Shown here: piece after piece, positions 18,422 through 27,887 of the stretch
Layout: every line of letters begins with the position of its first letter
Numbering within the stretch: the first letter of the stretch is position 1
Virus record (IMG/VR): IMGVR_UViG_3300045988_177228
Location: 1-64,000 of that record
DNA: 64,000 nucleotides
Reading direction: 5' to 3' (one strand)
Origin: a virus
The notes under the pieces: model-generated
Database searches by the model: none
Told to the model about the DNA's origin: nothing
The model's input: the letters and a program-made list of their open reading frames with translations, nothing else
Translations under genes and position numbers: made by a program

Positions 18422-19326
18422 TAGTGTTCCTTCTTTGCGTGGTTTTTTCTACGGATGATGAGAATGGTGATGATGATTACCGCAAGCCAGAAGCCGCCGA
18501 CGTACAGTATGAGCCATTGGTTCGTGTGGTCTTTCGGCGCGTTTTCGGGTTTGGGTGCGGGGTGTGGCATGCTGGCGCGCGTGCCGGTCACTAGGAGTCG
18601 CTTGTTGTTGATGCCGTATGGCGTGCAGGTTAGGAGTGTGGCGAGGTCTTTTCCTGTGACGATTTTCAGTTTAGAAAAGTCGGACGGGTCTACCACATTG
18701 ATGCTCGTGACCTTGTAGGCGAGCGTATGTCCGGCGGTTATCAGATAGAAGACGTCACCTTTTTTGGCTTCACTGCCGAAGCCGCGTAGCTTGTCGAACA
18801 TGAGCTGGTCGGCCAAACCCGTATGCGCGGATATGACAGTATGCGTGTTCTTGCCGCCGACGGGGAGACTGGAACCGTATAAGTGTCCGGCTCCAGCGGC
18901 CAACACGTTTTGCGACGTGCCATGCCGGATGGGCAGGTTGATGCCCAAGCGTGGATATTTGATGGTAGCCATGACCCCATCCTTGGGGGTGGATAGTTGC
19001 TTCCGATACGTGTTGTCCGTTTCGGACTTGTTGACGCCCGTCCAAGGGTCTTCCGCCTCACCAAGAATGGGCTGACCCTCCTCGTATAGGCGTTGATTGT
19101 AGGCTTTCGCGTCCGCATACTCTTGGGCGATTCGTTTCACGTCAGTGTTTTCCACGGCTTGCGCGTGGGAGTCAGTCAACCGGTTGGATTGGCTGCTATT
19201 CGAAATCATGAGGATGAATGGGATGGTTCCGGACAGGGCGGATAGGATTAGGCAGAGGAGTCCCGCTATGGCTCGATTTCCCAAGCCTTTCGGTTTCGCC
19301 GTATGTTTTCCCAAAACCCCTCCCAT
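18421..19326 (-). CDS. class C (pilus-specific) sortase
   Basis: TLLTCTPYG catalytic Cys motif, conserved His region, N-terminal signal/TM and C-terminal TM anchor. Confidence 0.85.
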   Translation of the reverse strand: MGGVLGKHTAKPKGLGNRAIAGLLCLILSALSGTIPFILMISNSSQSNRLTDSHAQAVENTDVKRIAQEYADAKAYNQRLYEEGQPILGEAEDPWTGVNKSETDNTYRKQLSTPKDGVMATIKYPRLGINLPIRHGTSQNVLAAGAGHLYGSSLPVGGKNTHTVISAHTGLADQLMFDKLRGFGSEAKKGDVFYLITAGHTLAYKVTSINVVDPSDFSKLKIVTGKDLATLLTCTPYGINNKRLLVTGTRASMPHPAPKPENAPKDHTNQWLILYVGGFWLAVIIITILIIRRKNHAKKEH

Positions 19327-19443
19327 GCGGTTATAAAGAATCTAAAAGGTGGCGTGTCGATATTTGGGTTCCCGACACGCCAAGCGGAACATTTCATGCT
19401 TTTCCAGCCGTCAAACGGTCAGAAAAGTTTTCTCATACGACTC

Positions 19444-21135
19444 TCACGCCTTGCGACGAAGCAGCAGGGCGGAAGCGCCAGCCAACAGGACGGTCATCAC
19501 GCCGAAGATGGACAGCCAGACCGCACCGGTCTTCGGCATGTCGGCAATGTTACGGGCGTTGATGACGGTCACACCCAGATGGTCGGCGTTCTCGGAAGCC
19601 AGATTGTTGGCGTCCTTATCGAACTGACTGAGCGTGTAGGAGCCGTTCGATTGGTTCACCTTGATGGTCAGGGTGAACTGCGGCAGGATGGAGCCATTGA
19701 ACGGACTCTTTGTCTCCTTGACCGTGTACTTGCCGTCGAGACCAGTCAGAGTGAGCACGCCATTGCTAGTAGCGACGCTGGTGACGGTGTCGGTGGTGCC
19801 GGTGCTCTCGGTCAGGTCGGCCTTACGGTACGTATTGTCGTTCACCTTGATGAACTTGACCGGAGTGGCGGTCTGGTTGCCCTCGTACACCTTGAACTCA
19901 GCTCCGGCGAGCGGCGCGTTGTTCGTGTCGTGCTTGGTGAGGGTGAACTTGCCGACGTACACCTTGTCGGTCTGGCCCGGAGTGGTCTTATGGTCGGTGA
20001 CAGTGTTCGGGTTGTGGGAGTATTCGACGTTGTTGGTGTTGGTGTCGGCGGTGCCGGAGACGGCGTTCTTGTTCACATACATGTCGTAAGTGACTTTGAC
20101 GGCGGCATCGACCGGGAACTTGGCTTTCATCGCCACGATGTCGGATGCGGTGGTGGAGTCACCGGTGGTCGGAGCGAAGATGATGTGGAACTTGCCATCC
20201 TCAGTAGTGACCTTGTAATCGGTGTCGCGGATGAGGGTCTTACCGTCCACGGTCACGACCATGTTGTCCTTGGCCGCGTCATAGGTCAGGCCCTTGGAAT
20301 ACGTATCGTTGATGGCGTAATAGTACTTGTCGTAGCCAGTCCAGTTCGGCACTTTGCTGGTCATTTCGAAGCTGACCTTCTTGCCGATAGCGGTTTCGGC
20401 GGTCGCGCCACTGTTTTCGACGGTGCCGTTTTCGGCGGCGGTAATCTTCTTCGTGACGGTGGTGCTGTGTACCTTATAGTTCACGGTGCCCAGTGTGTAG
20501 GTCTTGGCGCCGTTCTTCAACATAGTCTTGCCGTCGATGCCAGTGCCGTTGAACATGACGATGGATGCCTCGCCCTTGACGGTGGTGTCCACTACCGCAT
20601 ATACGCCCGGACGGACGGATGCGGTCATGTGCTGGGCGTCGGCGCCCTTGGCGAACGCGGTGCCCTTGTCGCCGGTGACGGCGGTCTCGTTCTTCAACTG
20701 GTCGAGGAAGTCACGAAGCTTGCCAGCCCACGGACTGTTCTCGGAATCAAGCAAGTTCTGTACGACCCACACCATCGGATTGGACGCATTATAGTCGTAT
20801 CCGGCAGTCTGGTCTTTCTTGGACTTGGTGTCGATATTGGCTTTAGTCAATGCGTCAGCGATAGCAGAAGCCTTGCCCGCGTCAATCAAGTCAAAGCCAG
20901 TAATATTAGTACCATCAGTCTGCGCATACGAATAGTAGGCGAGCGGCACAGCCTTCAACGTGCGATTGCTAATATCACCATTAGCAGTGACGGTCAACGT
21001 CTGACGAGCAGCCGCACCAAGCTTGGATGCGTCAACACGAGCATCAGCCGCCATGGCGGAGCCGACTCCAGCCAAACCCATGGCACCGGCCACAAGCGTG
21101 GCGACCGTTGCCTTCAACAGGTTTTTGGTTTTCAC
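19444..21135 (-). CDS. sortase-dependent major pilin (SpaA/FimA-like)
   Basis: Signal peptide. E-box YTVKETKSP. C-terminal MPKTG plus hydrophobic plus RRKA sorting signal. GTG start with ggaaaggaaaac RBS. Confidence 0.8.
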   Translation of the reverse strand: MKTKNLLKATVATLVAGAMGLAGVGSAMAADARVDASKLGAAARQTLTVTANGDISNRTLKAVPLAYYSYAQTDGTNITGFDLIDAGKASAIADALTKANIDTKSKKDQTAGYDYNASNPMVWVVQNLLDSENSPWAGKLRDFLDQLKNETAVTGDKGTAFAKGADAQHMTASVRPGVYAVVDTTVKGEASIVMFNGTGIDGKTMLKNGAKTYTLGTVNYKVHSTTVTKKITAAENGTVENSGATAETAIGKKVSFEMTSKVPNWTGYDKYYYAINDTYSKGLTYDAAKDNMVVTVDGKTLIRDTDYKVTTEDGKFHIIFAPTTGDSTTASDIVAMKAKFPVDAAVKVTYDMYVNKNAVSGTADTNTNNVEYSHNPNTVTDHKTTPGQTDKVYVGKFTLTKHDTNNAPLAGAEFKVYEGNQTATPVKFIKVNDNTYRKADLTESTGTTDTVTSVATSNGVLTLTGLDGKYTVKETKSPFNGSILPQFTLTIKVNQSNGSYTLSQFDKDANNLASENADHLGVTVINARNIADMPKTGAVWLSIFGVMTVLLAGASALLLRRKA

Positions 21136-21257
21136 CTTTGTTTTCCTTTCCTTACTAGACCCGGCGCGCGTTCATTCATCGAACGGGGTCAATATCGGAT
21201 TACATTCCTAATATACCGCACGCACCCCATTAAAAACCTTCGAAAAGGACTCTTTCA

Positions 21258-21299
21258 GCCTTTGAAAAATAAAGGAGGGCATGGCTTCCCATACCCTCC
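21258..21299 (-). terminator. intrinsic terminator downstream of the flotillin/DnaB operon
   Basis: On the minus strand GGAGGGTATGG-gaag-CCATGCCCTCC followed by TTTATTTTTC. Confidence 0.5.
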
Positions 21300-21317
21300 A
21301 ACATGCCCCTGAGCAGG

Positions 21318-22715
21318 TTAGTTTCCGGACTGTTCGGAACCTTTCCCACCTAGTGCGGAACCGGCGGCATGACCGGCCACCATACTGTTCAGTATGGCTT
21401 TCAAATCGATGCCCAAGGATTGAGACAATCCCTCACTCAACTGGCTCACACTGTTCACCGTGTCGCCCACGAGCTTCGTGCTGTTTCCGTCGCCATACAT
21501 GGTGATGTGGTCTACCTTGGTGAGCGGTTCGGCGGCGGCTCGAACCATGTCGGGGAGAATCTGAATGTACTGTTGGGCGAGGATGTACGTGTTGTTCATC
21601 GAGTTGTACGCCTCGCCCTGAGCGCGGATTGCCTCCGCCTCGCCCACGCCCTTGGCCTGTGCGGCGGAGCCTTCAGCCTTGCCTTTGACCTCGGTCGCGT
21701 GCGCGTCCGCGTCGGCGGTGGATTGGGTGGCCTGAGCCTCCTGCTGGCGTAGATACAGTTCCGCATCCGCATGCTTGCGGGTCGTGTACACTTGCGCGTC
21801 GGCCTGCTGTTCGGCGGCGTATCTGTCGGCGTCGGCCTTCTTGCGGATGGTCGCGTTCAGTTTTTGCTCTTCGATTTCGGCGTTCTTCTGTTCGAGGACT
21901 GCCTTCTTTTCGGCGGCGGCGATTTCCGCCTCCTGCTCCTTGACCTTGAGGGTCTTGGACTGTTCGGCGGCGGTGATGCCCTTCACCGCGTCAGCCTCGG
22001 CCTGCGCCTTGTCGGAGATGGATTGGAGTTCGGCTCGTTTCAGGTCGAGCTGGTTCTGACGGACGGCCACATCCTGTTCCGCGTTGATGGACGCGAGCTT
22101 CGCATTCCGGCTGATTTCGGCGGCCATTTCAGCGCCCATGTTGGCGATGACGTTCTGACGGTCGGTGAAGTCTTGAATGTTGAACGTGGTCAATTGAAGG
22201 CCAAGCCGTTCCATGTCCACGCGGGCGGATTCGGCCACGGTCGCAGCGAACGTGTCCCTGTTCTCCATGAGCTCCTTCAACTCGGTCTTGCCGATGACCT
22301 CGCGCAGCTTGCCCAAAAGCACCTGCGTCACGTCCTTCTCCATGCGCTCCTTGGACTGGTTCAGATAGTTCTTGGCGGCGTTCTCCAACGCCTTCACCTG
22401 TTTACCGTTCTCGTCCACGGTCATGGTCTCGGATGCTATCTGGAAGTTCGCGACGGCGTTCACGTCGATGAGGATTGCGTCCTTCGTCGGAATCGGCGTG
22501 TCGGTTCTCAGGAGCGACTGCACCGCTCCGAGGGAGAGCCAGTCCACGCGCATGATGAACGGTATGATGAACGCGCTTCCGCCGGAGACGAAGCGTCGTC
22601 CGCCCGGCCCGGTGATGACCATGACTCGGTCGGCGGGGCAGACCTTGTAGCTTGCGGTTGCGAGCAGGATGATGAGTATCGCCACTGCCGCGACGATTAT
22701 CAATGTTGTTGGCAT
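21318..22715 (-). CDS. flotillin/SPFH (band-7, YqiK-like) membrane protein
   Basis: N-terminal TM, SPFH domain, long Ala/Glu/Gln-rich coiled-coil. Confidence 0.8.
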   Translation of the reverse strand: MPTTLIIVAAVAILIILLATASYKVCPADRVMVITGPGGRRFVSGGSAFIIPFIMRVDWLSLGAVQSLLRTDTPIPTKDAILIDVNAVANFQIASETMTVDENGKQVKALENAAKNYLNQSKERMEKDVTQVLLGKLREVIGKTELKELMENRDTFAATVAESARVDMERLGLQLTTFNIQDFTDRQNVIANMGAEMAAEISRNAKLASINAEQDVAVRQNQLDLKRAELQSISDKAQAEADAVKGITAAEQSKTLKVKEQEAEIAAAEKKAVLEQKNAEIEEQKLNATIRKKADADRYAAEQQADAQVYTTRKHADAELYLRQQEAQATQSTADADAHATEVKGKAEGSAAQAKGVGEAEAIRAQGEAYNSMNNTYILAQQYIQILPDMVRAAAEPLTKVDHITMYGDGNSTKLVGDTVNSVSQLSEGLSQSLGIDLKAILNSMVAGHAAGSALGGKGSEQSGN

Positions 22716-22766
22716 TGACTTTTTCCTTTCTTTTTTGTGGGAGTGCCCACTATGATAGAACTTGTT

Positions 22767-24107
22767 TCAGAACTCGTTTTCGAAGTCTGCGGCCATGTCC
22801 GCGAATTTGGAGCATTCGCCCATGAACGCGAGATTGAACGTTTCGGTAGGCCCGTTGCGATGTTTGGCGAGAATCACGTCGGCTTCGCCCGGACGTTCCT
22901 CACGGTCGTAGTATTCGGGACGATGCACGAGAAACACCATGTCGGCGTCCTGTTCGATGGAACCTGATTCACGTAGGTCGGACAGTTCCGGCTTCTTGTC
23001 GGCACGCTGTTCCGCATTACGGTTCAACTGGGACAGCACGACCACTGGGCATTGCAGTTCCTTGGCGAGCATTTTGCATTGGCGGGAGAAGTTCGACACT
23101 TCCTGCTGACGGTTCTCGACGGTTTTACCGGAGGACATGAGTTGCAGGTAGTCGATGACGATAAGCTTCAACCCGTTGACCTTGCGGCTGAGCGCGCGGC
23201 ATTTCGCACGGATGGTGCTCATGTTGATGATGGCGGAATCGTCAACCCACAAGGGTGCCTTCTCGACCTGATAGCAGAGCGCGTTAAGCTTGTTCCAATC
23301 ATTCGAGTTCAGATTCTCGGGATGTTGGAATGATGCGAGACGGATGCCCGTTTCGGCGGCGAACATGCGTTGCATGAGTTCGTGACCGCCCATTTCCAGA
23401 CTGAAAATCACAGTCGGCAGACCCTTGTGTAGTGCGGCGTTGCGTGCGAAGTCCATACCCAACGTGCTCTTGCCCATGCCCGGACGACCGGCCACGATGA
23501 CCATTTGTCCGGCTTGCAGTCCGTGCGTCAACGCGTCGATGTCGCGGAAGCCGGTGGGTGTTCCGAACTCGGTTGGGTTCTGTGACATTTCATCCAACTG
23601 TTGGAGCATTTCGTCGGACAGGCGGTATGCGGTCTTCAACTCGTCGTCTTCGGAACGGCTTGAATCCTCCAACGAGAACGCGGCCTCCAACGACTTGCGG
23701 AGCACGTCTTCGGCGGAAGCGTCGGACACGTTGCTCATCTGTTGCAACTGTTGTCCGACCACGTTGATGTGGCGGAGGATTGCCGCGTCACGAATCTGCT
23801 TGATGAAATAGTCACTGTTGTTCGACGTGGGCGCGGAGCCGACAAGCTGGGCGATGTAGTCGATGCCGCCGACCTGTTCCAGCTGTCCGTTGTCCATCAT
23901 GTGTGAGGACAGCATTTGCGCGTCCACACGGTTATTGTCTGCGGCCAGTTCCTTTATATTGTGGAAGATGGTTTGGTTGGTCGGCTGGTAGAAGTCCTCT
24001 TCGGAAAGTTGGCCGATGACCTTGTCCAACGTTTCCGAGTCTTGAAGCATGGCCCCCAACAATACTTGTTCGGCCATATCCTTGTGGATTGGTGTGGGGA
24101 CGCTCAC
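22767..24107 (-). CDS. dnaB: replicative DNA helicase DnaB
   Basis: N-terminal DnaB domain, Walker A GRPGMGKST, RecA-like C-terminal domain LVHRPEYY. Confidence 0.9.
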   Translation of the reverse strand: MSVPTPIHKDMAEQVLLGAMLQDSETLDKVIGQLSEEDFYQPTNQTIFHNIKELAADNNRVDAQMLSSHMMDNGQLEQVGGIDYIAQLVGSAPTSNNSDYFIKQIRDAAILRHINVVGQQLQQMSNVSDASAEDVLRKSLEAAFSLEDSSRSEDDELKTAYRLSDEMLQQLDEMSQNPTEFGTPTGFRDIDALTHGLQAGQMVIVAGRPGMGKSTLGMDFARNAALHKGLPTVIFSLEMGGHELMQRMFAAETGIRLASFQHPENLNSNDWNKLNALCYQVEKAPLWVDDSAIINMSTIRAKCRALSRKVNGLKLIVIDYLQLMSSGKTVENRQQEVSNFSRQCKMLAKELQCPVVVLSQLNRNAEQRADKKPELSDLRESGSIEQDADMVFLVHRPEYYDREERPGEADVILAKHRNGPTETFNLAFMGECSKFADMAADFENEF

Positions 24108-24472
24108 TTGTCGCTGTTCTCCTTCTTGCCGGTGTTGGTCTGATTCTTGTTCAACGTCTCATACAGGCGGTGTTCCGCTTGCCAACGTTTGACACGGGAT
24201 TTGCTGGGATGGTTGACCCACCGGTATACGCAACGTTCTATGCGCTTGTATCCGAGGACTTCCGGCCCGAGATTGTGACTGCGGAATATCTCCGAGGGAC
24301 GTTCCCCTTGCAGATATCGGAGGGTCACTTCGTCTTGGAATTGGGTGGTGAAGATTACCCACCATCCGTGCTTGTTTTTCATGACGTTGACGACTTCCGG
24401 TCGTCTTCCCAAGGCCAAAGCCTCGTCTGCGGTCAGAAGCTTCGCCGGGGATGTGTTCGGTTTTTCGACCAT
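24104..24472 (-). CDS. hypothetical protein (122 aa)
   Basis: ORF with ATGA overlap to dnaB start, in operon. Confidence 0.5.
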   Translation of the reverse strand: MVEKPNTSPAKLLTADEALALGRRPEVVNVMKNKHGWWVIFTTQFQDEVTLRYLQGERPSEIFRSHNLGPEVLGYKRIERCVYRWVNHPSKSRVKRWQAEHRLYETLNKNQTNTGKKENSDK

Positions 24473-24494
24473 GCTTTGTTCGTCCTTTCCAAGG

Positions 24495-24964
24495 TCAGAT
24501 TGCGTCGGGGAACTGTTCGTTCGGAGAGAATTTGAGGAGTTTCACGGTCGCTCCCTCACGCCACTTGTTCCACGCTTTGATGGTGATTCCGACGATGCGT
24601 CGGCGGCTTGTACGGTCGCTGTGCGCCCCACGCTTGTTGATGTCGAACAGCGTGTTGCGGAGTACGAGGATGGGGCTTCCCTCATTGAGGTTAGCGCCGG
24701 AGGCGAGCATGTCGAAGAACCGTTCGCACGCCTCACCGTCGATTTCGTTGAACGTCCAGTAGAGGAGCGCGGCCATGCTGATGGACATGAGATGGCTGCT
24801 TTTCGTGTAGAACGTGCTGGCCTGTCGTAGCGTATCCTCCAATTGCGGAGTGCTTTCGATGAACGTCAGCAGTTCATTTCGGGTCGGTGACATGTTGTTG
24901 ACGCATGCGGCTTCCACACCCAACTGTTCGCTCAGATAGATGGAACGGGCCACGGTGGAAGCTG
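24495..24964 (-). pseudogene. C-terminal continuation of the ParB-like gene in a different frame (apparent frameshift near 24955-24975)
   Basis: Frame 2 reads QLQTASTVARSIYLSEQLGVEAACVNNMSPTRNELLTFIES... with protein-like composition and stop at 24495. The first ~130 codons of the track ORF 24495..25310 are His/Arg-rich junk. Confidence 0.4.
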
Positions 24965-26257
24965 TTTGGAGTTGTTGCGGCCTTTCAGTTCGAGCACGTT
25001 CGCCATGGTGCGGCCCTTGCCTGCATCCATGGTCTCCTGCGTATCTTCGGGTAGTCCGCGAATGACCAGAGTGCGGAACGGAACGCCGGATTCGACGCAT
25101 GCGAGGAGTCTGTGCTGGCTGTCCAACAAGCGTCCCGTGTTGCTGAATTTGATGGCTTCGCCGTTCATTTTCCAAGCCTTCTGCGCCATGGTTCGGGCGA
25201 ACAGTTCGACCTGTTTGCGGCTCACGTTGCGGTTGTTGGTGTTCACGCCGAGCATTTCCTTGGCAACGTCCGGAGTGATGGTTTCGACCCGTCCGGTGAT
25301 GCTGTCCCAATCGTATTCGTCGGTTTCATCGGCATAGGATGGCGTGGCCTTGGGTGCTGGCTCTTCCGGCTTCAAATGGATAAGCAACGTGGTTTTCGGA
25401 GCGCCGGAATGCCTTCTGATTTCGGTTTTCGGCGGCTTCACTTCGACCGTCTCGTACTGTTCGGATTCCTCGACCTGATTCATGGCGAACGCGAACGCGG
25501 TCATGGTGAACGCGAGCATGAACCTGTCCACGCTTCGTTTCGGAGGGAACCGTTTCATCCCGTCGATGATGCGGGTGGCGTCCGAATGGGTGATGTATGG
25601 GCAGTGGTTCACGACCGTGTCCAGTCCGCCCTCGTATTCCTTGTGGGTGAGGAAGACGAATGGTGCGAGGGGAGTACGCGCCTGTGCCATTCCCTTGAAG
25701 CATTGGCCGACCTCATTGTAGATTTCACCAACCTGACGGTAGCGTGAAACAGTGTCGATGCCGTACTCGTCCACGGGATTCGTGTACTCGTATTCGTTGC
25801 TTTTGAAGATGCGTTCGTTGTATCGGCTGGCTTCGCGTAGTCCGGGGCAACGTCCGAAACCGAGCGTGGTTCCGTTGCCTTTCGTACCGTCAGTCCGTTT
25901 CAGATTGTCCTTGCTTAGCCAGTAGGCTTCCATGTCCGCGATGAATGTTTTCGCCGCGACTTTCTTGGTGAGGTTTCGTCCGGTCATACGTGCGAAGTAT
26001 TCGCCTTCGACGCCGGTGAGTACCGGCAGTCCGGTTCCGACGAACAGATTATCAGGCAGGAGGCCGTACCATTCGGGGTTGATTTCATGGTCGCTCATGT
26101 AGGAGAGAATCCGTCCCACGCTGTCACGGTCGATGAACACGGTTCGCGCGTTGGCGAACGGGTCAACGTCGAGATTCAACGCCTTGCATGTCGGGAGGAG
26201 GTCTTTTTGAATCATGGTCATGAACCGTGGTTCGGTTTTGATGTCTTTGTTAGGCAT
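24932..26257 (-). CDS. ParB-like nuclease-domain (ParB/Srx) protein
   Basis: ParB N-terminal domain with DSQHRLLA motif. ORF ends at 24932 but a second frame continues with a plausible C-terminal domain to 24495. Confidence 0.7.
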   Translation of the reverse strand: MPNKDIKTEPRFMTMIQKDLLPTCKALNLDVDPFANARTVFIDRDSVGRILSYMSDHEINPEWYGLLPDNLFVGTGLPVLTGVEGEYFARMTGRNLTKKVAAKTFIADMEAYWLSKDNLKRTDGTKGNGTTLGFGRCPGLREASRYNERIFKSNEYEYTNPVDEYGIDTVSRYRQVGEIYNEVGQCFKGMAQARTPLAPFVFLTHKEYEGGLDTVVNHCPYITHSDATRIIDGMKRFPPKRSVDRFMLAFTMTAFAFAMNQVEESEQYETVEVKPPKTEIRRHSGAPKTTLLIHLKPEEPAPKATPSYADETDEYDWDSITGRVETITPDVAKEMLGVNTNNRNVSRKQVELFARTMAQKAWKMNGEAIKFSNTGRLLDSQHRLLACVESGVPFRTLVIRGLPEDTQETMDAGKGRTMANVLELKGRNNSKQLPPWPVPSI

Positions 26258-26801
26258 GGTTTCCTTCCTTCAATCGTTTCAGTATCCGGTAGGTTTTGGG
26301 GGCACAACCGGATGGATTGTGTTCCTCTTTCCGATACTGTTTTTCGAGTTCGTCCCAATGGTCGATGATGGTTTTCCAATCGTCCGACACGTCGCGCATG
26401 AGACTCAGATAGGCGCGTGCGGTTGGCACCATGTCGAACATTTCGAGTATCCGACGTAGGTCTCCGGGGTCTTTCGGAGTGTCCTCGCAACCATGTTTGC
26501 GCGTGCCGTTCACGGTCATTGTGATTCCGGTGAGCCGTTGGACGATGGCGAGCGAACTGAGGCCCACGTCGCCGTTGGCGAGCCATGCGGCGAACATTTC
26601 CAAGGGGAGTCTGGGATTGTCCGTCATGCCGTCGGAGGCTGGGTTGAGGTTGGCAACGAGCCTGTTCTTCGGAACGTCCGCGATGATGTCCGGCTGGGTT
26701 TCGGAGTCGGGCATCCGACCGTAGACGAGATGGTTGTTAACAAGTATGGACGGCTGTCGGCCACCATATACGCCGATGGTGCAAACTGTGTCTTCGACCA
26801 T
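26250..26801 (-). CDS. hypothetical protein (183 aa)
   Basis: ORF with 8-nt overlap to ParB-like start, in operon. Confidence 0.6.
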   Translation of the reverse strand: MVEDTVCTIGVYGGRQPSILVNNHLVYGRMPDSETQPDIIADVPKNRLVANLNPASDGMTDNPRLPLEMFAAWLANGDVGLSSLAIVQRLTGITMTVNGTRKHGCEDTPKDPGDLRRILEMFDMVPTARAYLSLMRDVSDDWKTIIDHWDELEKQYRKEEHNPSGCAPKTYRILKRLKEGNHA

Positions 26802-26804
26802 GGT

Positions 26805-27029
26805 TCACGCTTCCATCCAGTGGATGCTTTCGTTAAGGAAGTCTCTGATTTTGCGGAGGGTTTCTATATCTTCGATGGTGATGCTGGTCGCGGTGTCGTC
26901 GTCGGTGATGGTGAACATGAGTTCCTTCCCGAAGCTGGGGGATTGGAGGATTGTGAGTTTGTTGGTTCCCTCGTTGCCGATGACTTGGAGTGCGGATGTG
27001 TTGCCGTTGTCGTATTTGGTTGCGCTCAT
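26805..27029 (-). CDS. hypothetical protein (74 aa), first gene of the minus-strand operon
   Basis: ORF ending 4 nt before the next start. Divergent promoter region upstream. Confidence 0.45.
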   Translation of the reverse strand: MSATKYDNGNTSALQVIGNEGTNKLTILQSPSFGKELMFTITDDDTATSITIEDIETLRKIRDFLNESIHWMEA

Positions 27030-27148
27030 TGTTTCTGTGGTCTTTTCCGTTCCTGTGGAATGTTTTGTGTGGGCGAGGTCAGCTTAACACACTAGGTGGG
27101 GGTATGCAAGCGTTCGGAGATTCGCGGTCGGATGACTTGCGTTCGACT

Positions 27149-27170
27149 ATACCCTTTGTTATACTGGAAA
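27149..27170 (+). promoter_or_regulatory. M1-box copy, plus orientation (ttatactggaaacgtccacaaa)
   Basis: Reverse-complement orientation of the box, 60 nt upstream of ATG 27230. Confidence 0.65.
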
Positions 27171-27229
27171 CGTCCACAAAAAAGGGAGTCGCACACCTCC
27201 CCAACACGCCAGAACAAAAAGAAGAAACC

Positions 27230-27406
27230 ATGAGCAAGCAGACAGAAAACAACATCAACCTGACACTGACACTCATCACAATCGTCAGCGCACTCCTCAT
27301 GTGGAGACAGGATTACGGACACGCGGTAATGGCAACCACCAGCATCACATTCCTACTCAGCTCCGCCGCCCTGCTCGCTCACTTCCTCAACGGATTGGAC
27401 GCCTAA
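27230..27406 (+). CDS. small membrane protein (58 aa)
   Basis: ATG 27230. Two hydrophobic helices. Confidence 0.45.
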   Translation: MSKQTENNINLTLTLITIVSALLMWRQDYGHAVMATTSITFLLSSAALLAHFLNGLDA

Positions 27407-27476
27407 CAAAAAAGAATGCCCCAGCCTGAAAAGACTGGGGCATAGGCATGTCACCACACAGAAAAAGGCAACACAC

Positions 27477-27857
27477 ATGGAAAACGAAACCAAAACGGAA
27501 CAGAAACCGAAAACCAAACTCGACCTACTCCTAGAAAAAAACGAACGCATGCAGTACGCACTGCTCGACCTCAAAGACATGATAAGCCGAATGATTGGAG
27601 AAGGCAGACTGCCAAACGACGGCGAGACCCGACAGTGGCTCGAAGGAATCGACAACAGACTCGAACACGAACACGCAGACCGTGACGTTCTACTGTTCAA
27701 CCATGGTTCGATGACCACCATCGTCCCACCAGCAACGGAACGATACCAGCCGGATTTGGAAGTCCGCTATCAGGAACTCGCATCCACCATCAACGAAACG
27801 TATGCGGATTCAGACCGCAAGTACTGGCTTGGACGTATCCGTCAAGCCGGACTGTAA
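27477..27857 (+). CDS. hypothetical protein (126 aa)
   Basis: ORF with aaaaaggcaacacacATG start. Confidence 0.55.
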   Translation: MENETKTEQKPKTKLDLLLEKNERMQYALLDLKDMISRMIGEGRLPNDGETRQWLEGIDNRLEHEHADRDVLLFNHGSMTTIVPPATERYQPDLEVRYQELASTINETYADSDRKYWLGRIRQAGL

Positions 27858-27887
27858 AAGAAACCAGAAGGAGACCACGGGAGAACG

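Noticed and set aside
19303-21312. 669-aa ORF on the plus strand
   Set aside because: Antisense to the pilin gene, Gly/Val/Arg-rich shadow ORF typical of high-GC DNA. The minus-strand pilin has signal peptide, E-box and sorting signal.
24495-25310. N-terminal ~130 codons of track ORF 24495..25310 (His/Arg/Gln-rich)
   Set aside because: Alternative-frame read-through of the ParB-like gene. Only the C-terminal ~150 codons look protein-like (see frameshift finding).
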